A DNA stretch of 35,682 nucleotides, taken from positions 1-35,682 of the forward strand of contig CBDCEW010000048.1 of assembly GCA_965215885.1 (NCBI GenBank). The letters are read 5' to 3'. Below, one piece after another: positions 10,433 to 19,662 of the stretch. The stretch is from Candidatus Moanibacter sp. GTDB taxonomy: Bacteria; Verrucomicrobiota; Verrucomicrobiia; Opitutales; UBA2987. Position numbers and translations under genes: made by a program. Each line of letters starts with the position of its first letter. The stretch's first letter is position 1. Below the pieces are notes generated by a model that saw nothing but the letters and a program-made list of their open reading frames with translations, was not told the origin of the DNA and did no database searches.

Positions 10433-10895
10433 CGTAATCTATATTCGAAAAGAGAAGAGCGACGGGAGATCACGATTGTCTTCCCAGTGAATCATAATCG
10501 TAATCTAAATTCGAAAAAAAAGAGAGATAGACGGGAGATCACGATTGAGAGTCACGATGAGAGAGGGGAGTCTGGTCGATCTCCCATCTATGCGCCGAAG
10601 CGACTACCCATCTGTGCCGGCATCGCTTGATTTATAGAATAATCCCGACATGGTCAAGAGCGGCAAGACGCTGACATGCTCGTTTGACAATTAGGATCAA
10701 TCCGATTTTCAGTCCCCTGCTCTTCACATAATTGAGCATTTGCCCAAATTTGCGTTCATTTGTGTTTCTGAATTCGTTTGGGTTGCAGAGTTGAGGTCCG
10801 TGCCGTTGTCGACACGGCTACAGAGTCCTACAAATCGTAATCAAAATTCGAAAGAAAGAAAGATCGACTGAAGATTACGATTAAGAGTCACGATT
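10433..10895. repeat. Three dispersed ~45-65 bp palindromic units (AATCGTAATC..TTCGAAA..GATYACGATT)
   Basis: Copies at ~10433-10478, ~10496-10560 and ~10833-10895; the third has a perfect 10-bp IR. Confidence 0.75.
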
Positions 10896-11751
10896 GGAGA
10901 GGATCGGTAAACCCAAAGATCCGAATATCCTGCTTCCTTGCAATTTCGAGGACCTTGTCTTTTTCCAGAATGATGGTGCTGCCGGCTTCGAGGCAGGCGG
11001 TGGCGATGCCGGCCTCCCGCATGACGTCGAGAGTGCGCGAACCAAAGACAGGGACATCGAAACGATAGTCCTGAACCGGTTTGACGACTTTGATTAAGAT
11101 AAGGCTATCGGTTTCGAATTCGCCGGCCCGGCGGAGCATGGCGTCCGTGCCTTCGAAAGCCTCGACGGCGATAACAGTCCCACGCCGAACAACAACGCTT
11201 TGGCCGATGTCGAGGCGGGCGACTTCCTTGGCCACGCGGATACCGTGTTCAATGGCGTTCTTATCGATCTTCTTCGAATCTCCGGTCATGAGGCCGGGAG
11301 TGGCTATATCATGATCGAGGAAGGCGCGAGCGTCGAGCATCTCGACACCGAGGGCTTCGATCTCCGTCGCGATCGATCCGAAGATGGTCTGTGCGTTCCG
11401 TTCGGCAATTTTGGAGAGCACTTTGATCGCCTTAAAGTCGGGATGGAGCCCACGGAAGAGGCGTCCTGGCGTCACCTGGCCGACCATGATTGCGTAACCG
11501 GCTTCAAATCGCCTGATTGCTTTGAGCATGCGGCCGAGTTGCCCAACTTTAATGACCGCGACATCCTCTTGCGGAAACGAATCGATGATTTCAGGAAGAG
11601 TCTCGCCTTCGAAAGCGAGAAGGCGGACCCCCAATCCGGCGCTGCGGATGGAGTCGATCGTAAGTTTCGGGTAGATTTCCCTTCCGGCGATTACGGCGAT
11701 TGGCTTGTCGCTTTGGAACGAATTGGGAAGAAATCGGGAGGGTGGGGACAT
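10888..11751 (-). CDS. lpxI: UDP-2,3-diacylglucosamine diphosphatase LpxI family protein
   Basis: IAVIAGREIYP, LDIGQSVVV..G.VIAVEAFEGTDAML.R, QDYRFDVPVFG..T. Confidence 0.88.
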   Translation of the reverse strand: MSPPSRFLPNSFQSDKPIAVIAGREIYPKLTIDSIRSAGLGVRLLAFEGETLPEIIDSFPQEDVAVIKVGQLGRMLKAIRRFEAGYAIMVGQVTPGRLFRGLHPDFKAIKVLSKIAERNAQTIFGSIATEIEALGVEMLDARAFLDHDIATPGLMTGDSKKIDKNAIEHGIRVAKEVARLDIGQSVVVRRGTVIAVEAFEGTDAMLRRAGEFETDSLILIKVVKPVQDYRFDVPVFGSRTLDVMREAGIATACLEAGSTIILEKDKVLEIARKQDIRIFGFTDPLQS

Positions 11752-11776
11752 GGTGGAAGAGTGAAAAGTAGGACAA

Positions 11777-11995
11777 CCTCGTCGCGAACCTTGTCGTAAA
11801 CTTTGTCGTAAGCTTCGTCGCAAACTTAGTCGATTCTACTTCTTTAAAACTTGCTTCTCAAGCCACTGGAAGGACCTCGACTACTACCGGAGGAATTTCG
11901 ATCCCGCTCAGCGGGACTGACGACGAAGCTCGCGACAAAGTTTCCCTCACGGGTGAGAGTCGCTCCCCAAAACTTCGTCGCAAACTTTGTCGACT
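11777..11995. repeat. 12-bp period tandem units (CTTYGTCGYAAR) in both orientations
   Basis: About 4.5 units at 11777-11832, inverted units at ~11919-11944, more at ~11970-11993. Confidence 0.75.
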
Positions 11996-12049
11996 CTTCA
12001 TCTCTACTGTTGTCGGACCAAAAATGCGAAGATACGCGAAAGGGAAGGG

Positions 12050-14647
12050 TCAACTCGTCACGATGTTGAGAATTTTTCCCGGGACATAGACCACTTTGTG
12101 AATCACTTTCCCTTCCAGGTGGACGGCGACTCTGGGATGCTCTTTCGCCTCCTCGAGGATCTTCTCTTCCGTAGCAGCGAGTGCGAACATGGCGTCGCCG
12201 CGATATTTTCCGTTGATCTGAAAGACAACCTTGACCTCGTCACGAACAATCACAGAGGGGTCGAACTCCGGCCAGGACGCCTCCGAGACAGAAGGTTGCT
12301 CACCCAACCTTTCCCAAACTTCCTCCGCGAAATGAGGGGCAAAGGGAGCCAGGATCTGCATGAAAGTTTTGGCGGTCTGCAGTGACAAGGTCTCTACCTC
12401 CTGAATGTAGTTGGCGAGGATCATCATCTGGGAGATCGCAGTATTGAAGTGGAGGCGCTCAATATCTTCGGTTACCTTCTTTATCGTCTCGTGAAGTAAC
12501 CTCAGTGTCTCAGGTTTCTCCATCGGGCGATCGACCAGCTTTTGGGAGAGGTTGCCCTCACGATCGAAAAATTCTCTCCAAATCCGCTTCAAGAACCGGT
12601 AGACACCTTCGACTCCGCGAGTGCTCCAAGGTTTCATATCCTGGAGAGGTCCCATAAACATGAGGTAGAGTCGCAGGGAGTCGGCCCCATAGTCGTCGAA
12701 GATTTGGTCCGGGTTTACCACGTTGCCTCGACTCTTCGACATTTTTTCGCCATCTTCACCGAGAATTACCCCCTGGTGGTGAAGGCGTGGATAGGGTTCG
12801 GGATTTGAAACTACGCCGACATCATGGATAAACTGATGCCAGAAAGGCGCGTAAAGGAGGTGCAGGACGGCGTGCTCGGCACCGCCGATGTAAACGTCTG
12901 GAGACCCCCAGTACTTGTCGAGTTCCGGATCGATAATGGCAAGATCATTCTTGGGATCGCAGTAGCGAATATGATACCAGCAGGAACCGGCCCATTGCGG
13001 CATCGTATTCGTCTCACGTCTGGCTGAAACCCAATCCTGGTCCTCTGGCTGGGCAGCGCTCGCCGACAGGGTTTCGCCGGTTCGAATATTGAACCACACT
13101 TCAAGCCAATCCACCATTTTTGCAAGCGGGCTCTCGATTGTTCCGGAGGGTTGATAGGAGTCCGTTTCCGGTAGAGTGAGTGGGAGTTGGTCATCGGTAA
13201 GGGGCAGAGCGTAATAGTTGGAACCGTTTTCAGTATAGAATACGGGGGTTTCCGGTAGAAATGCCGCCACCCTGCTTTCTTTCATTTCACGGCAGCGAGA
13301 GTAGACCTCTTCTCCTACCCAGAGGATGGGAAACGGTTCACCCCAATAGCGCTGCCTGGAGAAGAGCCAATCGCGGATGCGGTAGTTTACCTTAAATCCG
13401 GCCAAACCCTTCTTTTCCAGATCCGCCGTGATTTCTCTGATGCCTTCCTTCGAATCCAATCCGGTGTACTCGGCCGAGTTTATCATTATGCCGGGCTCGG
13501 TGAAGGGAAGTTTCGTCTTTTCTCCCTCGGTTGGGTCGTCCAATCGCTTGATTACAGGAATGATCGGAAGTTTGAAATGCTGCGCGAATTCGAAGTCCCT
13601 CTCGTCATGTCCGGGCACCGCCATGATGGCGCCGGTTCCGTAGCTCATCAGAACATAATCGGCAATCCAAATAGGCGCCTTCTTCCCGTTCACCGGATTA
13701 ATGGCATGACTCCCGGTAAAGACTCCCGATTTCTCTTTCGCCAGATCGGTGCGATCGAGATCACTCTTGCCAGCGGCCTGTGCGACGTAGGCTTCAACTT
13801 CCTTTCGCTGGGTGGTTGCGGTCAGTTTTGGGACGAGGGGATGCTCAGGCGCCAATACCATATAAGTTGCTCCGAAAAGGGTGTCCGGCCTCGTTGTGAA
13901 CACTTCCAGTTTGGAATCGGGAAAACCATCGACCGCAAAAAAGATCTCGGCTCCTTCGCTTCGACCGATCCATGCCTCCTGTTGCTTCTTGGTCGATTCC
14001 GGCCAATCGAGGTCGGGAAGGCGCGCAAGGAGGCGGTCCGCGTGGGCGGTTATGCGAAGGACCCACTGCCTGAGTTTGCGCCTTTCCACGGGATGATTGC
14101 CCCGCTCCGAACGGCCATCGATAATCTCCTCGTTGGCCAGAACGGTACCGAGCGCGGGACACCACCAGACCGGCTCTTCCGAGACAAAGGCCAGACCGTG
14201 CTTGAACATTCTGAGGAAGATCCATTGGGTCCATTTGAAATAGGAAGGTTCGGAGGTATCGATTTCGCGGTCCCAATCGATGGCGAAGCCATGGCGCTTC
14301 AACTGTGCTCGAAAACGGTTTTTGTTCTTCTCCGTGATCTCGCGAGGATGAATTCCGGTTTCAATAGCATATTGTTCAGTGGGCAGGCCGAAGGCATCCC
14401 AACCCATCGGCTGCATGACGTTATATCCCCGGGCTTTCTTGTATCTGGCCAGGATGTCCGGGGCGGTATAACTCTCACAGTTCCCGACGTGCAGACCCTC
14501 GCCTGAAGGATATGGGAACATACTGAGGATATACTCACTCTTACCATTGGAGAAATCTTTGGCGTGGAAGGTTTTATTTTCTTCCCAGAAAGATTGCCAA
14601 AAGCGTTCAATCCGTGCGAAGTTGTACTCTTTACAGTGGCAGGCCAT
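12050..14647 (-). CDS. leuS: Leucine--tRNA ligase
   Basis: MFPYPSG.GLHVG, GWDAFGLP, FTTRPDTLFG, GTGAIMAVPGHDERD, DWLFSRQRYWGEP, GGAEHAVLHLLY, KMSKS. Confidence 0.97.
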   Translation of the reverse strand: MACHCKEYNFARIERFWQSFWEENKTFHAKDFSNGKSEYILSMFPYPSGEGLHVGNCESYTAPDILARYKKARGYNVMQPMGWDAFGLPTEQYAIETGIHPREITEKNKNRFRAQLKRHGFAIDWDREIDTSEPSYFKWTQWIFLRMFKHGLAFVSEEPVWWCPALGTVLANEEIIDGRSERGNHPVERRKLRQWVLRITAHADRLLARLPDLDWPESTKKQQEAWIGRSEGAEIFFAVDGFPDSKLEVFTTRPDTLFGATYMVLAPEHPLVPKLTATTQRKEVEAYVAQAAGKSDLDRTDLAKEKSGVFTGSHAINPVNGKKAPIWIADYVLMSYGTGAIMAVPGHDERDFEFAQHFKLPIIPVIKRLDDPTEGEKTKLPFTEPGIMINSAEYTGLDSKEGIREITADLEKKGLAGFKVNYRIRDWLFSRQRYWGEPFPILWVGEEVYSRCREMKESRVAAFLPETPVFYTENGSNYYALPLTDDQLPLTLPETDSYQPSGTIESPLAKMVDWLEVWFNIRTGETLSASAAQPEDQDWVSARRETNTMPQWAGSCWYHIRYCDPKNDLAIIDPELDKYWGSPDVYIGGAEHAVLHLLYAPFWHQFIHDVGVVSNPEPYPRLHHQGVILGEDGEKMSKSRGNVVNPDQIFDDYGADSLRLYLMFMGPLQDMKPWSTRGVEGVYRFLKRIWREFFDREGNLSQKLVDRPMEKPETLRLLHETIKKVTEDIERLHFNTAISQMMILANYIQEVETLSLQTAKTFMQILAPFAPHFAEEVWERLGEQPSVSEASWPEFDPSVIVRDEVKVVFQINGKYRGDAMFALAATEEKILEEAKEHPRVAVHLEGKVIHKVVYVPGKILNIVTS

Positions 14648-14668
14648 GATTTGAAAAACCCAACACAT

Positions 14669-16048
14669 ATGAGACATTTGAAAAGGGCGTCAATCACGCA
14701 TGCCGGATCGTATGCGACATTCCTGCTCACTCTCCTGTTCGTCTATGTTTCCGCATCAGCGAAACCGCGCGAGGGGATTCGGAAGCATCGCAGTTTCGAG
14801 AAATTGCTCGACGCGGTAGTCAGAATTGATGTCAGGGAAGCCACCCTTCAAGGAGGCGCCCGTCGCACCGTCAGAGGGGTCGGTTCGGGTGTCATATTGA
14901 CGAGAGAAGGGCACATATTGACCAACGCTCACGTCGTGAGTCCGAAAGCGGAGGAAATCTCGATCACCCTCGCTAATCTCGAACGAGTGGAGGCTCGCTT
15001 GATCGGGTGGGACCATTGGACCGACCTTTCCCTCCTCCAACTTGACATCGAAGACGCGAGGGAGAGAAGCCTCCAGTTTTCTCATGCCCAATTCGGCGAT
15101 TCGGATGAGCTGTATCCCGGCCAGACTGTCTTTGCGGTAGGAACGCCGAATGGTCTATCCCGAACCGTGACAAAAGGCATTATATCCAACACGAATCGCT
15201 TTTTCGAAGGCAATGATAATATACGCGGACACGAGACGGGGTTTTTCAGCACCTGGCTACAGACCGACACCGCGATCAATCCGGGTAATAGCGGGGGTCC
15301 GTTGGTCACGGGCGACGGCCAGGTCATGGGAATTAACACGCGGGCCTATCTCGGGGCTAACAACCTTGGTTTCGCGGTGCCTGCAAACACGGCACAGTCG
15401 GTCATGGATGGACTGCTTGAGGATGGAGAAATCGTGCGCAGTTACATCGGAATGAAGCCCGGGCCCCTGCAGGATTTGGAAGGTTTTTTCGATCTCGAAG
15501 TTAATACCGGCATGCTCATAAATAGCGTAGATCCGGGATCGCCTTCAAGTGAAGCGGGCTTGCGACCGGGTGATATCGTGCTTTCCCTTGATGGTGGAAT
15601 GGTAGACGGTAGATTCCCCGAGCAGCTGCCACCTATTCGGAACAGAATTGCCGCTTATCCGGTAGGATCGAGGATCAGTCTGGATATCAAGAGGGGGGAC
15701 GAGATATTTACCGTTGAGGTCAAGACAGAAGAGCTGGAAAGCCGCGTGGGAGAACAATGGGCCTTCGAGGACTGGGGGTTGAGCGTGCAGAAGGTATCGA
15801 GAGCGATTGCGCGGGAGCAGCGACTGAATTCTGATTCCGGAGTAGTTGTGATTGGAACTCAACCGGCCTTTCCAGCAGCCGAAGCCGGCTTGCGAAGAGG
15901 AGACATAATCATCAAAATAAATCGGGAACCGATTGATTCTTTGCAGTATTTAAGAGAAGCCTACGACTCTTTTGTGGCAAACCCGGAAAAGGTTTTGCTG
16001 GAGGTGCAGCGTTTTAACCAGGTCTCCTATTACGTCCTGAAACCCTGA
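14669..16048 (+). CDS. HtrA/DegP-like trypsin serine protease with two PDZ domains
   Basis: Signal/TM segment, then GSGVI..TNAHVV (His), TDLSLL (Asp), INPGNSGGPL (Ser) and two GLR.GDI PDZ motifs. Confidence 0.92.
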   Translation: MRHLKRASITHAGSYATFLLTLLFVYVSASAKPREGIRKHRSFEKLLDAVVRIDVREATLQGGARRTVRGVGSGVILTREGHILTNAHVVSPKAEEISITLANLERVEARLIGWDHWTDLSLLQLDIEDARERSLQFSHAQFGDSDELYPGQTVFAVGTPNGLSRTVTKGIISNTNRFFEGNDNIRGHETGFFSTWLQTDTAINPGNSGGPLVTGDGQVMGINTRAYLGANNLGFAVPANTAQSVMDGLLEDGEIVRSYIGMKPGPLQDLEGFFDLEVNTGMLINSVDPGSPSSEAGLRPGDIVLSLDGGMVDGRFPEQLPPIRNRIAAYPVGSRISLDIKRGDEIFTVEVKTEELESRVGEQWAFEDWGLSVQKVSRAIAREQRLNSDSGVVVIGTQPAFPAAEAGLRRGDIIIKINREPIDSLQYLREAYDSFVANPEKVLLEVQRFNQVSYYVLKP

Positions 16049-16229
16049 CAGATTCGACGAACCATGCAGAAATTTAACTTGGGACTCCAATTCGCAAACA
16101 CCGAGAGGGTTTTCGTGTTAGCTGTATTAATCGGAACAATGCTGGGCGCGAATGCTCAAGCTGAACGCTCAGATAAACTGGGTGCTCTCTTCGAAGAGCG
16201 AATCCGCACTCTTGTGGCGGTTGAATTTA

Positions 16230-17712
16230 GGGTCTACAGCAGAATCTGTGGGTGGGTAACGTCGCTTACAAGAGGAAATAGAGTCGGTGAGCACAAGGAG
16301 AAGTCAGGGCGCTGCCCTGAATCCCGCTCCTCCACAGCCGGAGGGGCTGGTCGGTGTTTTCTTTGCATATGGGATTGAAAGGTTGAAGCACCGGGCCGTT
16401 CCGAGGATGAAAGTAGTACCGAAAATACATCCTGAACACGGAGGACCCAGTGCTCATCAAAACGCTACTGAATCGGTGCTATTGGCTCAAGAGCTTTGTT
16501 TACGCAAAGGCGAGTATGGAAATGGTGAAATCGGAGGAGGCGATTGTGGTGCAGATTGAGCCGCGCAAGAATAGGCGGGTGTGCTGTTCGGGGTGTGGCC
16601 GGACGGCCAGCGGCTACGACCACATGAGCGAGGCGAGGCATTTTGAATTTGTGCCCTTGTGGGGGATGAAGGTGTATTTTCGTTACCGCATGCGGCGGGT
16701 CAATTGCCGGCGGTGCGGGGTGAAGGTCGAAGAGGTGCCCTGGGCCAAGGGCAAGAGTCATCTGAGTTGGCCAATGCAATGGTTTCTGGCCCAGTGGGCG
16801 AGGCGCTTGAGCTGGGAAGAGACGGCAAGGGTTTTTCGCACGAACTGGCGCAACGTCTTCGAGTCGGTCGAGGCGATGGTGCGGTGGGGGCTCAAACGGC
16901 GCGATATGAGCGGGATTGAGGCGATCGGAGTCGATGAGGTGCAGTATCATCGAGGCCATCACTATCTCACCGTGGTCTACCAGCTTGACGAGGGGCGGCG
17001 GCGGCTATTGGGCGTATTCAATAAGCGCAACGTAAAATCGCTCTTGCGTTTTTTCTGGGAATTGGGAGCGCAAAAGAGCAGCCAGATCCTCTACGTCTGC
17101 TCGGATCTGTGGAAGCCTTACCTCAAAGTGATCAAGAAAAAGGCACCCCAGGCGCTGCACATCCTCGATCGCTTCCACTTGGTAGCCAACCTGAACAAGG
17201 CCCTCAATGAGATTCGTGCTGCGGAAGCCAGGCGATTGCAACGGGACGGCTACATCAACGTGCTGGTCAAAAGCAAATACTGTTTCTTGAAAAATCCGCA
17301 AAATCTCACCCCCACCCAACAGATCCGCCTCAAGGAGGTGCTCCAATACGATCTGAAGAGCGTGCGGGCCTATCTACTAAAGGAGAGCTTTCAGCTCTTG
17401 TGGCATTATAAAAGTCCCTACTGGGCCCAATGGTATCTGAAAAAATGGTGCACGCGCGCCATGCGTTCGCGCCTCAAACCGATCAAAAGGTTCGTGCGCT
17501 CGGTGCGCAAACACGAGCCGCTCATCCTCAACTGGTTTCGGGCCAAAAAGGCCTTTTCCTGCGGCATTGTGGAGGGCTTTAACCGCAATATAAATCTCAC
17601 TATCAGAAAAGCATACGGCTTTAAGAGCTTCGAAGTGCTTAAGATCGCCCTATTTCATACCATGGCCGACTTGCCTGAACCCGAAATAACCCACAGATTC
17701 TGCTGACGAGGC
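16230..17712 (+). mobile_element. ISL3-family insertion sequence, 1483 bp
   Basis: IR core CAGCAGAATCTGTGGGT at both ends. 8-bp flanks TGAATTTA (16222-16229) and TGAATTTT (17713-17720). Confidence 0.92.
16450..17706 (+). CDS. ISL3 transposase
   Basis: Zn-finger CSGC...CRRC, IGVDE, CSDLWKPY, LDRFHL, VEGFN..I....RKAYGF. GGAGG RBS before the GTG. Confidence 0.95.
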   Translation: MLIKTLLNRCYWLKSFVYAKASMEMVKSEEAIVVQIEPRKNRRVCCSGCGRTASGYDHMSEARHFEFVPLWGMKVYFRYRMRRVNCRRCGVKVEEVPWAKGKSHLSWPMQWFLAQWARRLSWEETARVFRTNWRNVFESVEAMVRWGLKRRDMSGIEAIGVDEVQYHRGHHYLTVVYQLDEGRRRLLGVFNKRNVKSLLRFFWELGAQKSSQILYVCSDLWKPYLKVIKKKAPQALHILDRFHLVANLNKALNEIRAAEARRLQRDGYINVLVKSKYCFLKNPQNLTPTQQIRLKEVLQYDLKSVRAYLLKESFQLLWHYKSPYWAQWYLKKWCTRAMRSRLKPIKRFVRSVRKHEPLILNWFRAKKAFSCGIVEGFNRNINLTIRKAYGFKSFEVLKIALFHTMADLPEPEITHRFC

Positions 17713-18976
17713 TGAATTTTTTGTCCAACACGAGATCGAACGCAGGCCGCAAGGAGCAGTGGGATTGTGTGTAGACAGTGAGGGGTTGGTGGTCCTGCTC
17801 GATAACTCGGTGCCTGGTTGGCTGCCGCACGAGCAATTCAAAGACTTTCGAGTCCACCTTGTCGGTGAGGGTGGGGAAGGTTACGAAGCGATTTATCTGG
17901 GGCGGGACTATCTCAACGGATGGCACTATCTTCGCGTGGCCGAAGAATTGTGGGACCGATTAGTGCCCGTGAGCCAATACAGTGAAACTTCGCCCGGGAT
18001 CGGAACGGCAGTTTGGGGTATTGGAATGATGGGCAAGGATTTCGACTTTCAACCTTACCTCCTCAACGGTCGGCTTGCCATGACGCAGCAATTGCCGCTC
18101 AAAGTAGGTTTTTCTGAAGCGCTATTGGGTATTCCGGGCGGGCCCGTTTTTGATTGGGAGGGTAATTTTGCCGGTTGGATCGGCGCTCCTCTAACTCGGG
18201 AAAAAATACTGAGCATGGGTTCGGATCAGTATAACGTCGGAGTGCGATCCGTACGGGAGAGCGGAGTGTTTCTTTTTGCTGAGGATTTTCTTAAGAATGT
18301 CGGCAATGTGCCGGAGTCTCCCGATTCCGGTCCCTGGCCTTGGGTGGGAATCGCGGGAATGCAGCCCATCGATCGCGAAGTGGCGGGTTTTCTCGGTTTG
18401 CGGGATCAGGGGGCGGTAGTTATCAGCACGGTTCTGGAGAACGCGCCGGCTGAGAAGGGCGGCCTGAAAAGCAAAGATATCGTTTTGGGAATCGACGGGG
18501 ATAAGCTGCCCAAGTTCAGGCCAGAAGGTATTGTGCAGCGATACTTGGAGAGGCAAGTTCTTTTGCATAGTCCCGGGGAGACTATTAGATTCAATGTCAT
18601 GCGTGGAGATGAAAACATTGAGGTCGAAATTGAAGTGGGTAATCATCCCAAGCCACTTAACCTGGCGGAGCGACAATATCTGGCCGATTTGGGTCTGACA
18701 GTGAGGGAGTTCGTGGTGGTCGATGCCATAAGAAGGCAAGTGCCTCATGAGAATTCGGCGGGTGTGATCGCGGCGTTTGTGAAGCCTAACAGCCCGGTAA
18801 ACACGGCCGGCCTTCGCGAAGGGGATTGGATCAAAGCGATCGATGGTCGGGAGATCGAACACTACGAAGAAGCCATCGCCTTATTGTCGACTATTGAAAC
18901 GGATGAGCTGAGAAACGACTTTGTGATGCTGATCGACCGAAATCGGGAGACATCGGTGTTGCGGGTGAAGCTAAAG

Positions 18977-19620
18977 TAGGAATCTGTCGGACAGAAGAGG
19001 GGACACAGAGTGCCACCGGGAGCCGCGAAGGAACCTAGCGCAGCGTAGCCGCCCTGCGACAAGCTCAGGGCCCTGAGGCTCTCGAACGGGCAACCAAAAA
19101 AGAAAAAGAGAACCGCAGATGCACGCAGATGGACGCGAATGCAGAAGGAAACTCGTACGGATTCGAGAAAACCGCGGATTGATGTACAAGAGAGTTCTCA
19201 GCGTATTGGAAAAGGCAACGGATGGAGAACATCGATTTCCGGCTTATTGGCAAAATTGAGTGCTGTTCTGCCCGCGACGTATTCGCAGATTAGGACAAGG
19301 TTCGAGACGAGGTTCGGGACGAGGTTTGCTTCGCTGAGTTCTCAGCGGGCTAACTAAGAAAAGCATTCTTGATCGGATTCGACGTAAGCTCGCCGTAGGC
19401 GAATTGTGAGGGTAAATCGAAATACCCTGGTAACCTTGTCGTAAGCTTTGTCATTCGAAAGTCGTAGTTCCCGCTGAGGGGGGTAATCGTTCTCGTTCTC
19501 GAAGAGGGTTGCCCGCTAAATACGCGAAAAAGCGCTTCGATTCCCCTCCGTTTTTTTATCCTGCACTGAGCCGTTCGACATTGCTCACGGCAGGCCCCGT
19601 CGAAGGGTATTCCTTCTGTT
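18977..19620. repeat. Intergenic mosaic of short repeats (solo MITE end, CGACAAGCTCAGG-type hairpins, CGCAGAT 10-mers, 12-mers)
   Basis: For example ACCGCAGATGCACGCAGATGGACGCGAAT (~19112) and GACAAGGTTCGAGACGAGGTTCGGGACGAGG (~19295). Confidence 0.65.
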
Positions 19621-19662
19621 CAGTTCTCTTCTCCACGCAGGGACTTACCATTAACATTTTAA

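Larger units (their letters stand above)
16064..18979 (+). pseudogene. Second HtrA-like trypsin/2xPDZ protein (about 474 aa reconstructed, no catalytic Ser) interrupted by ISL3
   Basis: Removing the IS plus one target copy fuses ...LVAVEF to FVQHEIERRPQGAVGLCVD in frame. GIPGGPV stands in place of GNSGGP; two PDZ domains. Confidence 0.85.

Noticed and set aside
10433..10895. Palindromic units as CRISPR repeats or integron attC sites
   Set aside because: Irregular spacing, divergent copies, no RYYYAAC/GTTRRRY cores and no integrase.
13577..14506. 309-aa plus-strand ORF, and many similar overlapping ORFs
   Set aside because: Antisense shadows of well-supported genes in GC-rich DNA with no recognisable motifs.
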